A DNA stretch of 64,000 nt from Larinioides sclopetarius (GCA_964023285.1 CAXIEN010000093.1:2247739-2311738); one strand, 5' to 3'; shown: positions 41,526-55,196, counted from the stretch's first letter. Notes: generated by a model from the letters alone, not told the origin. Numbers and translations: made by a program.

Positions 41526-42314
41526 CAGGGTGTCCGGCCTTAATGTGACCCAATAGCTAATTCCCGAACCGTTCGGTTTAGACATGCACTTCCAATTTGA
41601 AAAATGTTTTAAAAAAGGTAAAGAATGTTTTTACGTGCTTTTCGAACCAAAAAACCCATTTAGAAAAAAAATTACAAAACATAAATTTTTATACGGTCCC
41701 CAGGTCCTATCACTTATATTTAGGAAAAGATGCAGTACAGAAAAACAAAGTAAACACAAAAAGTTTCATTTTATTACGATAAAAACTGACCAAGTTATGG
41801 AACTTCGAAAATCATACATTTTATCCATTTTCTCGGCCATTTTCAAGCTGGTAAGGGGCCGTCTCCAAAATGAAATTAATCTGACAATACAAATTGTCAA
41901 TCTATGATGTTTACTACGATGTTTTAATATTACTATGGTGTTTTTCTTTTGTTCTTTCTGTAGATAGTGAATTACTGTTCGCTAAACTCACTTTATATAC
42001 GACCCCTTTTCTGAGCAATTCAGATGCTTCAACTTTATGTAGGCATAACTCGGTCAATTTTTATCGTAATAAAATGAAACTTTTTGTGTTTACTTTGTTT
42101 TTTGTACTGCATCTTTTCCTAAATATAAGTGATAGGACCTGGAGATCGTATAAAAATTTAATTTTTGTAATTTTTTTCTAAATAGGTTTTTTGGCTCGAA
42201 AAGCACGTAAAAACATTCTTTACCTTTTTAAAACATTTTTCAAATTGGAAGTGCATATCCAAACCGAACGGTTCGGGAATTAGCTATTGGGTCACATTAA
42301 GGCCGGACACTCTG
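41526..42314. mobile_element. Foldback / long-TIR non-autonomous DNA element of 789 bp: roughly 285-bp arms at more than 90% identity (41526..41810 versus 42030..42314) flanked by TA dinucleotides, so possibly Tc1/mariner-related
   Basis: The left end 'TA|cagggtgtccggccttaatgtgacccaatagctaattcccgaaccgttcgg...' mirrors the right end '...ccgaacggttcgggaattagctattgggtcacattaaggccggacactctg|TA'. ORFs 41584..41907, 41597..41782 and 41894..42181 fall in arm sequence and are artefacts. Confidence 0.75.
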
Positions 42315-42779
42315 TATAACAAAATAAATCATTCCTTAACGACGTTGGAAAGAAAATTTGATCAAATCAAGCCTTTAGGAAACTTTTATGAAATATTTTA
42401 AATCAATGTGATTTTCTTACATATTTGTGCAAACTTTGTATTTATTGGGGGGGGATAAAAGCTCCAATCGTGACTCCCAATACTTTCTGCCTAATCCCAC
42501 GTGGTGTCGCAACCCACGGATTAAAGAATCCTAGTTTAAAATCGTATGGACAAAAAATTCAAGATATATTGTAAAAGAGAAATTTCGCCAATTTATTTTC
42601 ATGACGAAAAAAGTTTTTCTCATGTAAAATGTGAATACATTTCTACTCACAAGTTATGCACAAAGTATGAGGCTGAAATTTCGGTGAAGTGCGCAGCGGA
42701 ATTTTTTACATTAAATTATCTTGCACATTTGCCTCTATTAGACGAAGAATTTCTTGAATGAAATAGTGCTTAAGTACAC

Positions 42780-43180
42780 TGGTATCCAAAAGTATAACAT
42801 CACTCTGAAGATGCTAAAAAATTGGAAACTATGGTTCGAAATCAGTTGCTAAAAATTTTGATGAATACCATCGTTGAAGCTCGCGCTTAACAGTGGAGAT
42901 TCATTTCTTTGAGCCACACACATTAAGGGATCGTCTACAAATTGATGAAGCCAAAAGCAGATTTTGGCCCACCTTGCTTCACAGAATACTGATAATAAAA
43001 TGAAACTTGCAGCATTGGTTAGATTTAATATGCATAATATTTTCATGAACTTTCGTGAATGCGGCACAAATACTCAGGAAAATATAAAGGTTTTCGTAAA
43101 AAATCTGAGATTTCTCCACCTGCTTTTTGTTTGTAAAATACAAAGTTTTTGGCGAAATTATACGAAATTTGCAAAACATT
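42780..43180 (-). repeat. Diverged copy of a dispersed repeat whose other copy lies in the opposite orientation at 48250..48560
   Basis: The reverse complement of 48330-48500 ('...cagtattctgtgaagcatggtggacaaactctgtttttggcttcatcaatttgtagaaggtctc...cttcaacgatggtat') aligns to 42865-43010 ('taccatcgttgaag...agacgatc...acaaattgatgaagccaaaagcagattttggcccaccttgcttcacagaatactg'). Confidence 0.55.
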
Positions 43181-45113
43181 GTTGAGAGTGCCGTGTATAG
43201 AAATAAAATAGCGATGCTGATAAAAAGCGCCCTCTTACGGAGGGGGTAAGAGGCGGTCTTAAACTGCTTGATTGACAAGCCGTATCACAACCTGGAAACA
43301 AGCACAGAGAGCGAACTATTTTTTGCGGTCGGAAAACGGAGATTGCTATAGGGTCATAAATTTGATGTCAATCCGCCGCTTTTTATTTTTGCTGGATTAC
43401 TATTCGTTAATTTTATTGTCTTACTATGTATTAATTTAGAATACTTCCTGTTTTAAAAGGGTAGTTTTCTTTCTTTTTAATTCTTGAAATTGAATATTTC
43501 TTTTATATTTATTTTATTTCGCAATTGTCCATGCAAGATTTTCTGTTAGTAGATATATTATTTAATTTTGCAGATGGCGAAATTTTTCTTTGCGAGAATC
43601 TTTCTTCAGGGAGCATTTTCAAGGTGTCGAGCCGCTGTAGCAAGATCAAATGGCAGTGGGGAGGAAAATTTTCAGTAAATGGAACTGCGTGCTCCGTAAA
43701 CCCCACCTAGAATAATCCCAGGTTATATGCCTTACAGAAGGATTTTATAAAATAATAGTAATATGTTGGGTTGTAGTTTAAAAAACAAATTTACTAAAAA
43801 TATAATTATTTCTATTTTCTTTTTTTTTAAATGAATGTTGAATTTATTTCCATACTGATTAAATTTTGCTTTATATATGAGAATTAAAAACATATTAATA
43901 TTATTAATTCGGATGTAATTCAGAAATTAAAAACAATAATGCACAATTTACTGTCATTTGGAATTATTTCATGTTCAGTATGTTGTGGTTAATTTTAGCG
44001 CTGGTCATTTCATAATCATACATAATTTATTTCGACATTAGCTTCATTTTGGCATTTATAATATCAAACTATTTGAATATTATAGAATAGAATTTCATTT
44101 ATGACTACCAAGATTGTAAAAACAAACGATGTGATACATTATGGCAGGGTGGGGTTCTCAATCACTTCTTGAAGGAAATGTTTATTTTTTATTTTAAATT
44201 AGTTGTAATAAGGAATCAGAACTAGGGAAACATATTTTAAAACTAGAGAGTATAAAAAAATATATCTAGCTTTCTTTTAAAGGCAACAAAATTTCGAAAT
44301 CGAATTTTGAAATTTAGTTGATTTTCCCCTATATATCAGGGTGCTTCTAGACATCTTCATATTTTTTGTCCCACTTACAATCACCCAATCGCCATGATTG
44401 CTTTGCGATATGAAGAACACGATCTCGCTTCTATTATAATAGTAAGAAAACTCCATTATAATAAGTAAGAAGATGAGCACGAAAAAAAAAATGTTATTTT
44501 AATCAAACTAGCTGCGTTATCTAAAAAAACAAACTTTTAAATTTTTGTCTGAAAAATATCTTCTCTTATTAAAAAAAAGATTTAGTTGTAATATTAATTG
44601 GTTGCTCTTTATTATTTTTTTAAATGAGCTGAATATTTTATAACAACAAATCTTCAAGAGGATAATTGTAAAATATATAATTTAATTCGTAATTATAATT
44701 AGTTAAAGGAACTGAATTTTAATCTTAATAAAAAAATAATATTCATTTATTGCAAATAAATATATTGATCATCAATTAATTTTTCAAGCAAATAATAAGC
44801 AATAAAAATATTATACAAAATTCTTTTAAATAAGTGAAATGATTGGAGGAAAGTAAATTCGACAACTAAAAGAAAAAACAACATTCTATATTATTTTATC
44901 CCAGAAATATCAATTAAGATAGTGGTTTTGTTTACGTAACGGTATAGAATGATATATATATATTTATTTCATTATACACATCACACATTGCTACACTTCA
45001 TCAGCAAATTTCGTCTGGTCGCAACCACTAAGTATTACATACTTATCATAAGTCTATGGTCGCAACAAAGTCAAAAGAAACATTCTTCTTTACAAAATAA
45101 TCGATCCTCTCTC

Positions 45114-45131
45114 TTTTTTTTTTTTTTTTTT
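45114..45131. repeat. Poly(T) of 18 nt, preceded by (CT)n
   Basis: Direct reading. Confidence 0.9.
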
Positions 45132-48100
45132 GCTTACTCATATGATTCCGGAAATGACAATTCGTAGCCGAAGTCCGACCCGCCCCCTCTTCTCATGTAG
45201 ATTATTCAATGAACTACGTTACTTTGAAACAAGACAAACTTTCCGGTCTTTATTTAGATCTTCTCAAATATATTTCATTCTATATGCACAGTTGTGTCCA
45301 TGTTATTGTGCATTCGAATGCTTATTCTTACTTTGCATACGAACGGGAAAATATGTGTTTCTGTGAGAGATGAATTACTAATTATTTGTGTGTAACTCAA
45401 CACTATGTCTTTTCTTTTCATGCAAAATACTTTTTTTTTATTTTGGTATTTTTCAGATATCTATTTCAAAGAAAAAATCTCTATTTTACTCTATTTGTGA
45501 CAAATTTTCAATTGCTATATTTTTACTATCAAATTGGAAAAAGGATGTTGTTTTCATTATCTGAAAAAGACATAGAATACTTGAGATGATTATGGATTCT
45601 ATGTAATTTTGGTGTCAAATTATAAAGATTATTAATAATTAAATTGTGTAGTTTAAAAGCCTAAAAATGCGATTATTCGATGAGCGAGATTTAACCCTTA
45701 GACATACAAATTTATTTAACCTCTTAATTAGAAGCCATCGCCAATTTCGAATGTATTTTATTATCTCAACGTATATCAGATGGTAAAGACCACTTGAGAC
45801 AATTAAATACGTCCAGGTGATTTATGTATTTAAAATTAATCATTGCTTTGACTTAAATACGCATTTAGATAGAAAATTTTGTATTTCGATGCACATGTCA
45901 GAGACGTCATTGTATGTTCAGGAATTAAAATAATTCTTTTATTTGAAGCGTGGTTGATAGATTTTATTATGTCTTATATTTTAAAGTTTAACATTCAATT
46001 AAAATTACCCATAACTTGGCTGCGACTAGGAAGTCTAATTAGTAAAAATATATTTTCTTGAAAATTAGAAAAGACAGTACCCACCTGACACGGCGAGTTC
46101 TCAGGTTGTGAATTTATATTTTATGTGAGGAAGAAACGAGCAAATGATTGAAACATAGAGGGACCAGCAATATTTTCTGCTTAAAAGAAGCAGCAAATGT
46201 AAATCTAAATTCTAAAATGTCCTATACAGGTTCTTTTGAAACTATTTTTATAACTTTCTTTGACAAAATCTGTATCAAAAAATGATGTTAATTTCGTGAA
46301 CACCAGTTAAATTCTTTATGAATAACGTTTTTATACTTGATGTATAAATAAACATATCTATGATGAATTTCTCCATTGAACTATTTACAGTCTACTTTGA
46401 TTCGATACTACACTAAATACCATGCAAAAATGTAACACATTATTACCGACACTAAAACCAAACAGATCGTGTCATTTACAAAAGAAGTAAGGATAATCTA
46501 AAAAACAAAGTTTAAAAAGAATCTTAAATAATATAATGAGTCATGTAATGACAAGTTATATCAAAAGTGTTTAGAGAAAACTTTCAAATACACTCTGATT
46601 TTTGTTGGGTGGTTGCCTACAGCTGCTGAATGACGGTTTTATAAAAATAAAAACTATAATTGGTATAGCGTCACAATAAATATAAAAATACAATGGCATA
46701 ATTTCAATTTTCGCCACCCAATGTGAAGTTGTAAATTTCAAAATAAAGTATATACTGCAGAGAAGAAAATGTAAATTACGCAATTCTACAATTGACGCTC
46801 TCGATCAATGTCAGCAGTTTTTAAATCGCGCATCCATCACCAATCTTGATACATTGGCAATATACCTAAAAAAGGCAAAAATATGAACTAATCACAATAA
46901 ATATTTTTTGTTGCTTAAAATAGTTTTACTAGTGACGCTGCTCTTACTTATAATAGCGTTTTTCTGTTGCCATCTGTTTTTAATTGTTCCTTGGCTCGAC
47001 CGCCTTATACACCTAAGCGACGCAATTGTACACATGAAGAATGTTTTAAATTATTACAATCACTGATAATTATGTTTGATTGTTCCTAGCACTAAATAGT
47101 GTAAAAAGATTGTAATTGATTGAAAAAACAGTATTACTCTTTGGAGGAATATTGCTAAAATATATCAATGCATATGTTATATTTATTAAACAAAGTAAGG
47201 ATATCTTGATCTTTGTCTTAAAATAATAAGTTAACTATTTTTCTCCGATTATAAATTTAAAAAATGCTAAAAATTTTCTTTCATAATGTAAAAAAAAATA
47301 ACACTTGACACAGTTTTGAATGTAAACAGCCAACACTAGCACTCAAATTAATCAAACGTTTACTAAAACCGCAATTTTATGATCGGTAAACGGTGATCTC
47401 TCTCAGCATTGGAAACGGGATGGGCTTCGTATGTGTATCCTTGCGCGCAATGGGAAGGGCTTAGAAAATTGGGAGGGGGGGGAGGGAATTGGAGATTGAT
47501 TTTTATATTCTATCCAGAAAATACACCTTTTATATATTTATTAAAAAATTTTAAAAAATGTATTGGAAAGAAGAAATTGAAACGAATGTTTCCCTGAAGT
47601 TACTTTTGTTTCAGTTATGCTCGGAAATTTTATAACAAAGTTTAAAACCGAAAATTGAATTTTACGACTTTTGAAAAAGATTTAAAAATACTTTAGACTG
47701 CCATAAAAAAAGTTTCTCCATGAAAACATGTACTTTTAACTCTTCTATCTAAAGAATTTTATCCCATCTCTAAAAACGCTATAGGAAGTGTGAAAAAGTA
47801 TAAGTTAGAATCTCCATACTATAACATTACGTTCTGAAATTGTAGGTGGCGTGTACATGGCAGCCTTAAAGAAGCACTGTATTACAATTCCATTTCAAAA
47901 ATTCAAATATTACGGGAAAGAAGAGCATTTTTAGAAAATAATTTTTTAATGTGCTTTCACATTTGTAGCAAATTTTTTTTTTCATAATTTTGAAGTTAGA
48001 TATATAGGTTAGATTATATAAAAAAATTCGGTTCAATATCATTGGTAGCAAAAAAGATAAACAACATTAAAAATTGCTAGATTTTTCTACTGACTATAGA

Positions 48101-48249
48101 GAAGCAAAATGATGAGGGTCCATGCATAAATTGATTTTTTTTATCTTGAGTAATTTGATTGAATGGATTGAAGTGTGTAAAAGTTACAAATATTTTGCAA
48201 GTTTCTTATAATTTCGTTAAAAACTTTTTTTGTTACAAGCAAAAAACGA

Positions 48250-48560
48250 GTAGAAAAATTTGGAAATCTTTATATCTTCTCGAATATTTTTGTGCTACAT
48301 TCACGAAAATTCATGAAAATATTGCACATTAATCATAACCATTTCTGCAAGTTTCATTTTGTCATCAGTATTCTGTGAAGCATGGTGGACAAACTCTGTT
48401 TTTGGCTTCATCAATTTGTAGAAGGTCTCTTAATTGCCCCAAGAACTGAAGCTTCAGTGTGAAACTTGAGCTTCAACGATGGTATGCCCCAAATTCGAAC
48501 CATTCGAAATGATTTCGAACCATAGTATTCATATTAAATCAAGTTTTGTAACATCATCAA
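48250..48560 (+). repeat. Second copy of the dispersed repeat listed at 42780..43180
   Basis: See the paired feature. Confidence 0.55.
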
Positions 48561-50419
48561 AGTGATATTATACTTTTAGATACCAGTGTACCTCCTCGTC
48601 TTGTTTATTCATGACGCTTATCTCCTTTTATGTTAGCTTAGCATTACTGATCAAACAAAATGTATAAAAATAGTCGTATAAAGTTGCGTATAAACTGGCG
48701 AGCCAAACGTGAAACGTAATATGATAAAAACACAATTCGCTGCTTGTTCGCGTTTGAGTCGCCAATGTATTTCACAGTTTTCCCACTGTCATTGAAGAAA
48801 AATTTTCAAGAACCTTTTACGAAAAATTCAAGGACTTTTTATGAAAAATTCCTAGACTATAAAATTACATATTATCGACGTCTGTACATAACTGAGTTTT
48901 TAACTTGAAAAACTATAAAATGTATCTAATTTGCAGTTCTGATCATTGGGGAATGCTGAGGGACAGATATTATAGGAGGTCGCTCACAAATTTAAGGACT
49001 TTCAAAGACCTCGTCCTTTTTTCAAGGGCTTTCAAAGACCTAATTTCATCAAAAAACTTTCAAGGACTTTTAAGGATTTTCAATGACGTGGGAACCATGC
49101 TTTCACTTCAACACGCAGTGAATCTTAAAGTAACTGTTTTTTATCATGTTGCATTTTCCGTTTCTTGCCAGTGTATACGCAGCCTTATAGGATTAGAAGA
49201 ATGGCAGGTCGTTGCAAGATAACTTCAAACAATGTTTTCACAAATGCCTTAACTTTCGGTATAATACAGGGTATACGGTTCCGGTAACATCGTTTACAAA
49301 TCAATATAACCGCAGGTACCTGTACTTTTGTGCATAATTGGTACCCAAATCCGGTTTAAAATGAAGTGCAGCTTTTTAAAAAATTCCTCCCAAATTCTTT
49401 GGCTCATATTTTAAGTCAGATATAAATTGAAAAAGTGTTTTTTAGATTGGGAAAGAACAAAAGATAATTTTTCGAGCCTTGCCTTGATTCTAAAATTCAT
49501 ATACATGAAAAAGTTTACAAGTAAAAGAGTAAATTTAATGCTATGTCCTGACTTTATTTGCTCACAGCTCACCTCTATCTCGTAAAAGTTTAATAAAAAA
49601 ATGAAATATCTTTTTACCATCTCCAACAGACCAAAAATGTTCAGCAAATAATGAAAAAACTGTAACGGCAGTTTAATATAACATAGTTTTCTTCATTGAG
49701 AGCAGAGTTTTTAAAAATTTTATAAGGAAGCTCTAGAGAGCACATAAGTACTAGTCTAAAAATAAGGTTAAAAATTGTAATAAAATTCTTAATCAAATCT
49801 TATTCAAATTGTCATTATGATACATTTAACAACAGAATGTGCAGGGACTCAAATCATTCATACTATATATATATCAAATGTAAATTGATGTCATTAAGTT
49901 AGTTAAATGGGAGTTATTTAGAGTTCCTATAATAATAGCGGTACTTTTCTAATTGTTGATTGTGATTAATATGTTTTAATTACATTTTGTTTATGTATTA
50001 CACTTAAATATTCATGGGTATTTTGTTTATTTTGTCGCTTATTTACTCAAAAAACGATCTATCATAATTTTAAGGGAGAATTATTTTACATTAATTATTT
50101 AACAACAATTAGTCATTGATATTTCCAAACAAAATAATCAAAAATAACATTGAAATTCGTAGATGGTTTATATTAATAGAGACTAATTAGTGTTTTCACC
50201 ATAACATAGGTACGTTTGTTTTATGCTTTTTTTATTTTAAAATTATCCCTCTCTGATTAGTCCTCCCCCTCGCTTTTAGGTTTACATACCGATAAAAATA
50301 GTTTCATTTTTTCTGCATTTTCCATCTTCTGGAAAAGAGTATTTTTTTAACCACCTATATATTTCTATCCTTTGGGAGAAAAAAAATTAATGAAATTGCG
50401 TTGCAAAGAACACAAGAAA

Positions 50420-51406
50420 ACTAGTATGATTTATCCATCACAAAACTTTCTTCTATATAATTATATAATTGAAGCCGGGAAATACTAAAAACAAATATTA
50501 AAAAATGTATGAAAGAATTGAAATAGCAGCGCCACCTGTCGAGCGATCTACACAAAAATTTTATCAACAATAATTTAAGTCAAGACAAAACTAAATATAA
50601 AATTTCATGAAATTTCTCCAATAGTTTTTTATGTAGAGTGGATACAAAAAAAACATGAAAAAACGGAATAGCATCGCCACCTGTTGAGCGATCTACGCCA
50701 AAATCTAATCAGCACTAATTTATGTTAAAATACAACTAAATATGAAATTTCATAAAATCCTGTCCAATAGTTTTTGCGCCAGCGCGTCCACAAAATTTCG
50801 GTTACATACACCACACAGACAGACATTTTCTAAAAATAGTGAAATCGTGTTCAGGAGCCCCCAAAACGTGTAGATCCATCAAAAAACGGAGGTCGAAAAT
50901 TTTCGCGATTCCAATACTTTCTTCTTATAGAAGAAAGTAACAAATATTGAAAAATTTATGAATAAATTGAAAAACCAGCGCCACCTATCAAGCGATCTAC
51001 ACAAAAATTTTATCAACAATAATTTAAGTCAAGACAAAACTAAATGTAAAATTTCATAAAATTTCTCTCATTAGTTTTTGATCTAGAGTGGGTACGAAAA
51101 AACGTGATAAAAACGGAATAGCAGCGCCACCTGTTGAGCGATCTACTCCAAAATCTAATCAGCACCAATTTATGTTAAAATACAACTAAATATCAAATTT
51201 CATAAAATTCGGTCAAGTAGTTTTTGCGCTAGCGCGCCCACAAAATTTCGGTTACATACACCACACAGACAGACAGACAGACGGACAGACATTTTCTAAA
51301 AATAGTGAAATCGTGTTCAGGAGCCCCCAAAACGTGTAGATCCATCAAAAAACGGAGGACGAAAATGTTTGCGATTCCAATACTTTCTTCTTATAGAAGA
51401 AAGTAA
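50420..51406 (+). mobile_element. Two head-to-tail family-F1 elements (50420..50940 full length; 50941..51406 lacking the first roughly 60 bp)
   Basis: Same head ('actagtatgat.tatccatcacaaaactttcttctatata'), internal duplicated 'acggaatagcagcgccacctgttgagcgatctac' modules, (GACA)n and 'tactttcttcttatagaagaaagtaa' tail as the 17.7-19.2 kb cluster. Confidence 0.8.
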
Positions 51407-52063
51407 AAAAACGTTTTAACTCATTTTATTGTGTGTGCCGAAAAATATTTCTTGTAAATTTTTCTTAGTAATTTTCTTTATCTACATGTAATGGGATCAA
51501 TTCATGCTCATATAATAGATGAAAATTAAAAAGCGCCAGTTCAAATTTTGGATCCACTGCGCATTGTGCGATTGCTGCTCGTAGCGTTCAGAATAATTCT
51601 TTTGCTGATAATTCTGAACTATTCATTTTTACTTACAAATTTTATTTTATAAGTTAATTCTAGTTTTTTCCTTTAAAAGTAAATTCTTAAAGATTTGCGT
51701 TTTTAACAACACAGCTTATGTTTTTAGCAACGCAATATTATTAAGTTGTAACTGAAAAACTTTTCGTAAGACAGATGTCTTTTGTTTTATAGTAAAAAAA
51801 AGCAAAGAATAATGCATTATTTTTGCTCAAAAAATATGCGGAAAATGTTAACATACACAGAGTCAGGGCATAGTGTAAAATGTGATATGATAGACCCCTG
51901 CACATTGTGTCTTACAATGCAACATTTATAGTAACATGTTTAGATAATATTCGCAATTACATTGTAATATGACCGTAGCGTCACATGAATTTACACCATT
52001 CTATATTTAAATAGAATTTCCAGGGTCTGAGAACTTTGAAGATTTCATTGCCCGCTTCTATTT

Positions 52064-53050
52064 TTACTTTCTCGTATAGAGAAAGTATTGTAATCGTCAA
52101 AAAATCCGAACTCGAGATTTTGACAAATCTCCACGTTTTAGACCTCCCTGAGTCCAAAAAAACACAATTTTAGAATTATGTCTGTCTGTGTGTGTGTCTG
52201 TCTGTCTGTCTGTGAACACGATAATTCAAATACTATTATAGCTACGAAACTGAAATTTGGTAAGTGGTCTTTTTTCATGATTTGTAAGATTCTATCAAAT
52301 TTTGGGCAACATTCGCCGACAGGAAGTATGTCTGTCTGTCTGTGTGTCCGCGTTCATGTGAACTCAATAACTCAAAAACTTCAAGAGCTATATAGATAAG
52401 ATTTGATACACAGTTTTCTCATCATAAATTCCTGTCCGTATAACATTTTGGGCCTAATCCGTCTAATGGTTGACCGTCAGGCGGTCTGTATAATCCACTA
52501 TTTTCAAAATTTATAACTCTTAAACCCTTTGGTCTACATCTATATAATTTAGTATGACGTATGCTAATAAAAATTGTAAACGTATGCAAAAATTTCGCCC
52601 CATTCGATTAAGTAGAAGGGGTATAATTCATTAACCAAATTTATAATACGCAACTGCATACGCGCGTTTCCGTAGCAGCTGCACCAAGGTCACGGGCTCG
52701 CGGCACGAAACAACGCAACGTCGCAGAAGGCTGTTTACTCGGTTCTCCTTGCGCGTCAAAAAGTGGCGCTGCTTTTTATCCCTTTGTTCGTCAGCATTCT
52801 CGGGTGTTTTGTTCTTGCTTTTTGGTAGTTAATTTAATTATGACCATGGATTGATTTTTAGATAGTGAAATTATTATTATTATTAAAGTGAAAATGACGT
52901 TTCGCGCATAGAGCAGATTCAAAATTTTTGTCAGGTTTATAGCTTTCACAGTCGGTGGATTTTTTTTTATCAACGATGGAGGAGAGGAAACAGAGAATAA
53001 TTCAGGGGAACTATACGAGAAAGTTTAGGGAAGGCCACTCCCACTGGTTG
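52064..53050 (+). mobile_element. Family-F2 element / left arm of a large inverted repeat. It consists of a tail module ('tactttctcgtatagagaaagta...(GACA)n') at its 5' end, an AT-rich body with a second (GACA)n, a GC-rich segment (about 52650-52800) and an ATG-containing end segment
   Basis: Inverted homology to 56697..57584. The tail module is homologous to the F1 3' tail. ORF 52178..52399 ('SVCVCVCLSVC') is a microsatellite artefact. Confidence 0.75.
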
Positions 53051-53074
53051 AAGTAAGTATGATCCTTCCCCTAG

Positions 53075-53225
53075 CAAATGTTGGAATTTGGAGAGAGAGA
53101 TACGAGTTCAGGTGTCGTCCTCGTCATCTGTTGGCGGTTCATTATTACGAGGTCCATCTCAAAATACTCCTCGTGTTGCTGAGAAGTGTAACGTTAGTAT
53201 AAACTTAAGTATTTTATACCTGAGA
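53075..53225 (+). mobile_element. SINE-like element of about 150 bp, family 3, copy 3, in the core of the large inverted repeat
   Basis: 'caggtgtcgtcctcgtcatctgttggcggttcattattacgaggtccatctcaaaatactcctcgtgttgctgagaagtgtaacgttagtataaac' is homologous to the 38495 and 40690 copies. Confidence 0.5.
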
Positions 53226-53559
53226 ACATTTGAATTCCTTGAAGGATTTGAAGATCCCATGCACATACTCATAAAGTGAGTGGAAATGTCCAGTTTAGTT
53301 CATATAATCGTCATACATGTTACATGTATAATTGCTTAAAACGATTTAAAATTGGCAGATCAGGACCGCTTGCTATCACATTTTGAAGTGACAGAACAGG
53401 TTACATATTTTTATAAGTTTTTTTTTTGCTATAGGGGAAAAAATTATTTTTAAATTATTACATTTTTTAAAGTATAAGTCATCAACTTCTAACGATATTT
53501 TATTTTTTGGTTAGATGCAAAAGAGGGCTTTTAAAGAAGTGGTGGGTGGAAGGCTACAT

Positions 53560-54290
53560 TTTTACTTTCTTCTATATGTATAAAAGAAGAAAGTATTGAA
53601 TCGCGAAAATTTTCGACTTCCTCGATTTTTAATGGATTTACACGTTTTGGGAGGTCATGAACACGATTTGACTATTTTTAGAAATGTCTGTCTGTCTGTG
53701 ACACAAATTTTGTAGCCATGATACTGAACAGAATTTCATGAAATTTTATATTTAGTTGCGTAGTTATATTAATTAGCATAAATTGATGCTGATTAGATTT
53801 TGGAATGGATCGTTTAACAGATGGCGCAACTATTCCGTTTGTTTCAAGATTTTTTAGTAATTTTGTATCTGTTCTAGATAAAAAAATTAATTTATAGAAT
53901 TTCATAACATTTAAGGTTTCATAGCAACATCACAGAAATTACTACTGATTAGATTTTTGTGCAGATTGGATTTTTTGTAGGGCGCTGTTATTCCGCTTTA
54001 TCTCCTCCGCGATTCTCGCGAAATATTGCGGCCGCTCTAGAGGAAAAACTAATGGGCCCAATTTCATGAAATTTTACTTTAGTTTTACCCTATCATAAAC
54101 TGATGCTAATTAGAATTTGGTGCAAATCACTCGGTTTTCCTGGGGTTCTTTTTGGATTTTTTTTCATGAATTCCGCGAAATTTCGCAATTTGTGTGATTA
54201 GAATATCTCGGTTTCTATGATTTAAAATTCCATACAATCTCTACAATATGAAGTTACATTGATTCAATTGTTATGCATGTTTCTCAATAG
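53560..54290 (-). mobile_element. Family-F1 element in reverse orientation, with the tail at 53560-53700
   Basis: 'tactttcttctatatgtataaaagaagaaagtattgaatcgcgaaaattttcgacttcctcg...gtctgtctgtctgtg' is the reverse complement of the F1 tail, followed by the reverse-complemented 'tgattagattttgg...gcgcaactattccgtt' modules. Confidence 0.65.
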
Positions 54291-54659
54291 GGGCTCTGCT
54301 AGGCCTTTTTATAATTTTTGTTATAAGCATTTCTCTGTTTTTCTTAAAAAGCATAGCTTCAACATTTCTTAAAATAGAAGAAAAATTTTGATTCAGTTTA
54401 TTAATATGCTTTAGATAAAATTAAGCGTTATATCTATAGACTCTGATGGATCTCAATTATATACAATATAGATGTGTGATGGCCACATCATACTACTTTC
54501 ACTTTCCGAAGAGACTTTTCTTATACAGTTACTAAGACTCTGTAGAGACAGGTGTTTTTTCGAAAATCTTAAGTCGCGATAGGTAATGTTGTTAATAAGA
54601 AAGGAAATTATTGCTTAAATATGGATTCAAGTAGAAATTTTTTTTCAAAATATGCTCCC

Positions 54660-55196
54660 AACAAAAAATGATGTGGCCATCACAAAACTTTCTTCTATAT
54701 AATTATATGATTGAAACCGAGATATACTAAAAACAAATATTGAAAAATTTATGAAAAAAATGAAATAGCAGCGTCACCTGTCAAGCGATCTGCACAAAAG
54801 TTTTATGAATATTAATTTAATATTAATTTAAGTCAAGACAAAACCAAATATAAAATTTCATAAAATTTCTCCCATTAGTTTTTGATGTAGAGTGGATACA
54901 AAAAATCGTGAAAAAACGGAATAGCAGCGCCACCTGCTGAGAGATCTACACCAAAATCTAACCAGCACCAATTTATGTTAAAATGCAACTAAATATGAAA
55001 TTTCATAAAATTCTATCCAGTAGTTTTTGCGCTAGCGCGCCCACAAGATTTGCGTAGACAGACATTTTCTAAAAATAGTGAAATCGTGTTCAGGACCCCC
55101 CCACCCCCCAAAAAAAACGTGTAAATCAATCAAAAAACGGAGGTTGAAAATTTTCGTGATTCCAATACTTTCTTCTTATAGAAGAAAGTAAAAACG
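54660..55196 (+). mobile_element. Family-F1 element in forward orientation. A short inverted copy of the F1 head also lies at about 54468-54495
   Basis: 'gatgtggccatcacaaaactttcttctatataattatatgattgaaaccgagatatactaaaaacaaatattg...ccaatactttcttcttatagaagaaagtaa'. Confidence 0.75.

Noticed and set aside
41584-42181. ORFs inside the foldback element
   Set aside because: They lie within mirrored TIR arms, with mirrored pseudo-ORFs on both strands, and have no coding features.
42849-43278. Possible mariner-type transposase remnant in the 42.8-43.2 kb / 48.3-48.5 kb repeat
   Set aside because: I could not recognise transposase signature motifs (DDE/D, HDNA..H) in any frame. I retained it only as an unclassified dispersed repeat.
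52973-53056. 'MEERKQRIIQGNYTRKFREGHSHWLK' + GTAAGT as a real first exon (also 56552..56788 minus ORF)
   Set aside because: Homology between the two inverted arms stops within 3 nt of the putative donor. The donor therefore belongs to unrelated flanking sequence (a SINE-like copy), so the exon-like appearance is probably coincidental. I kept it only as a low-weight note under the promoter-like GC-block finding.
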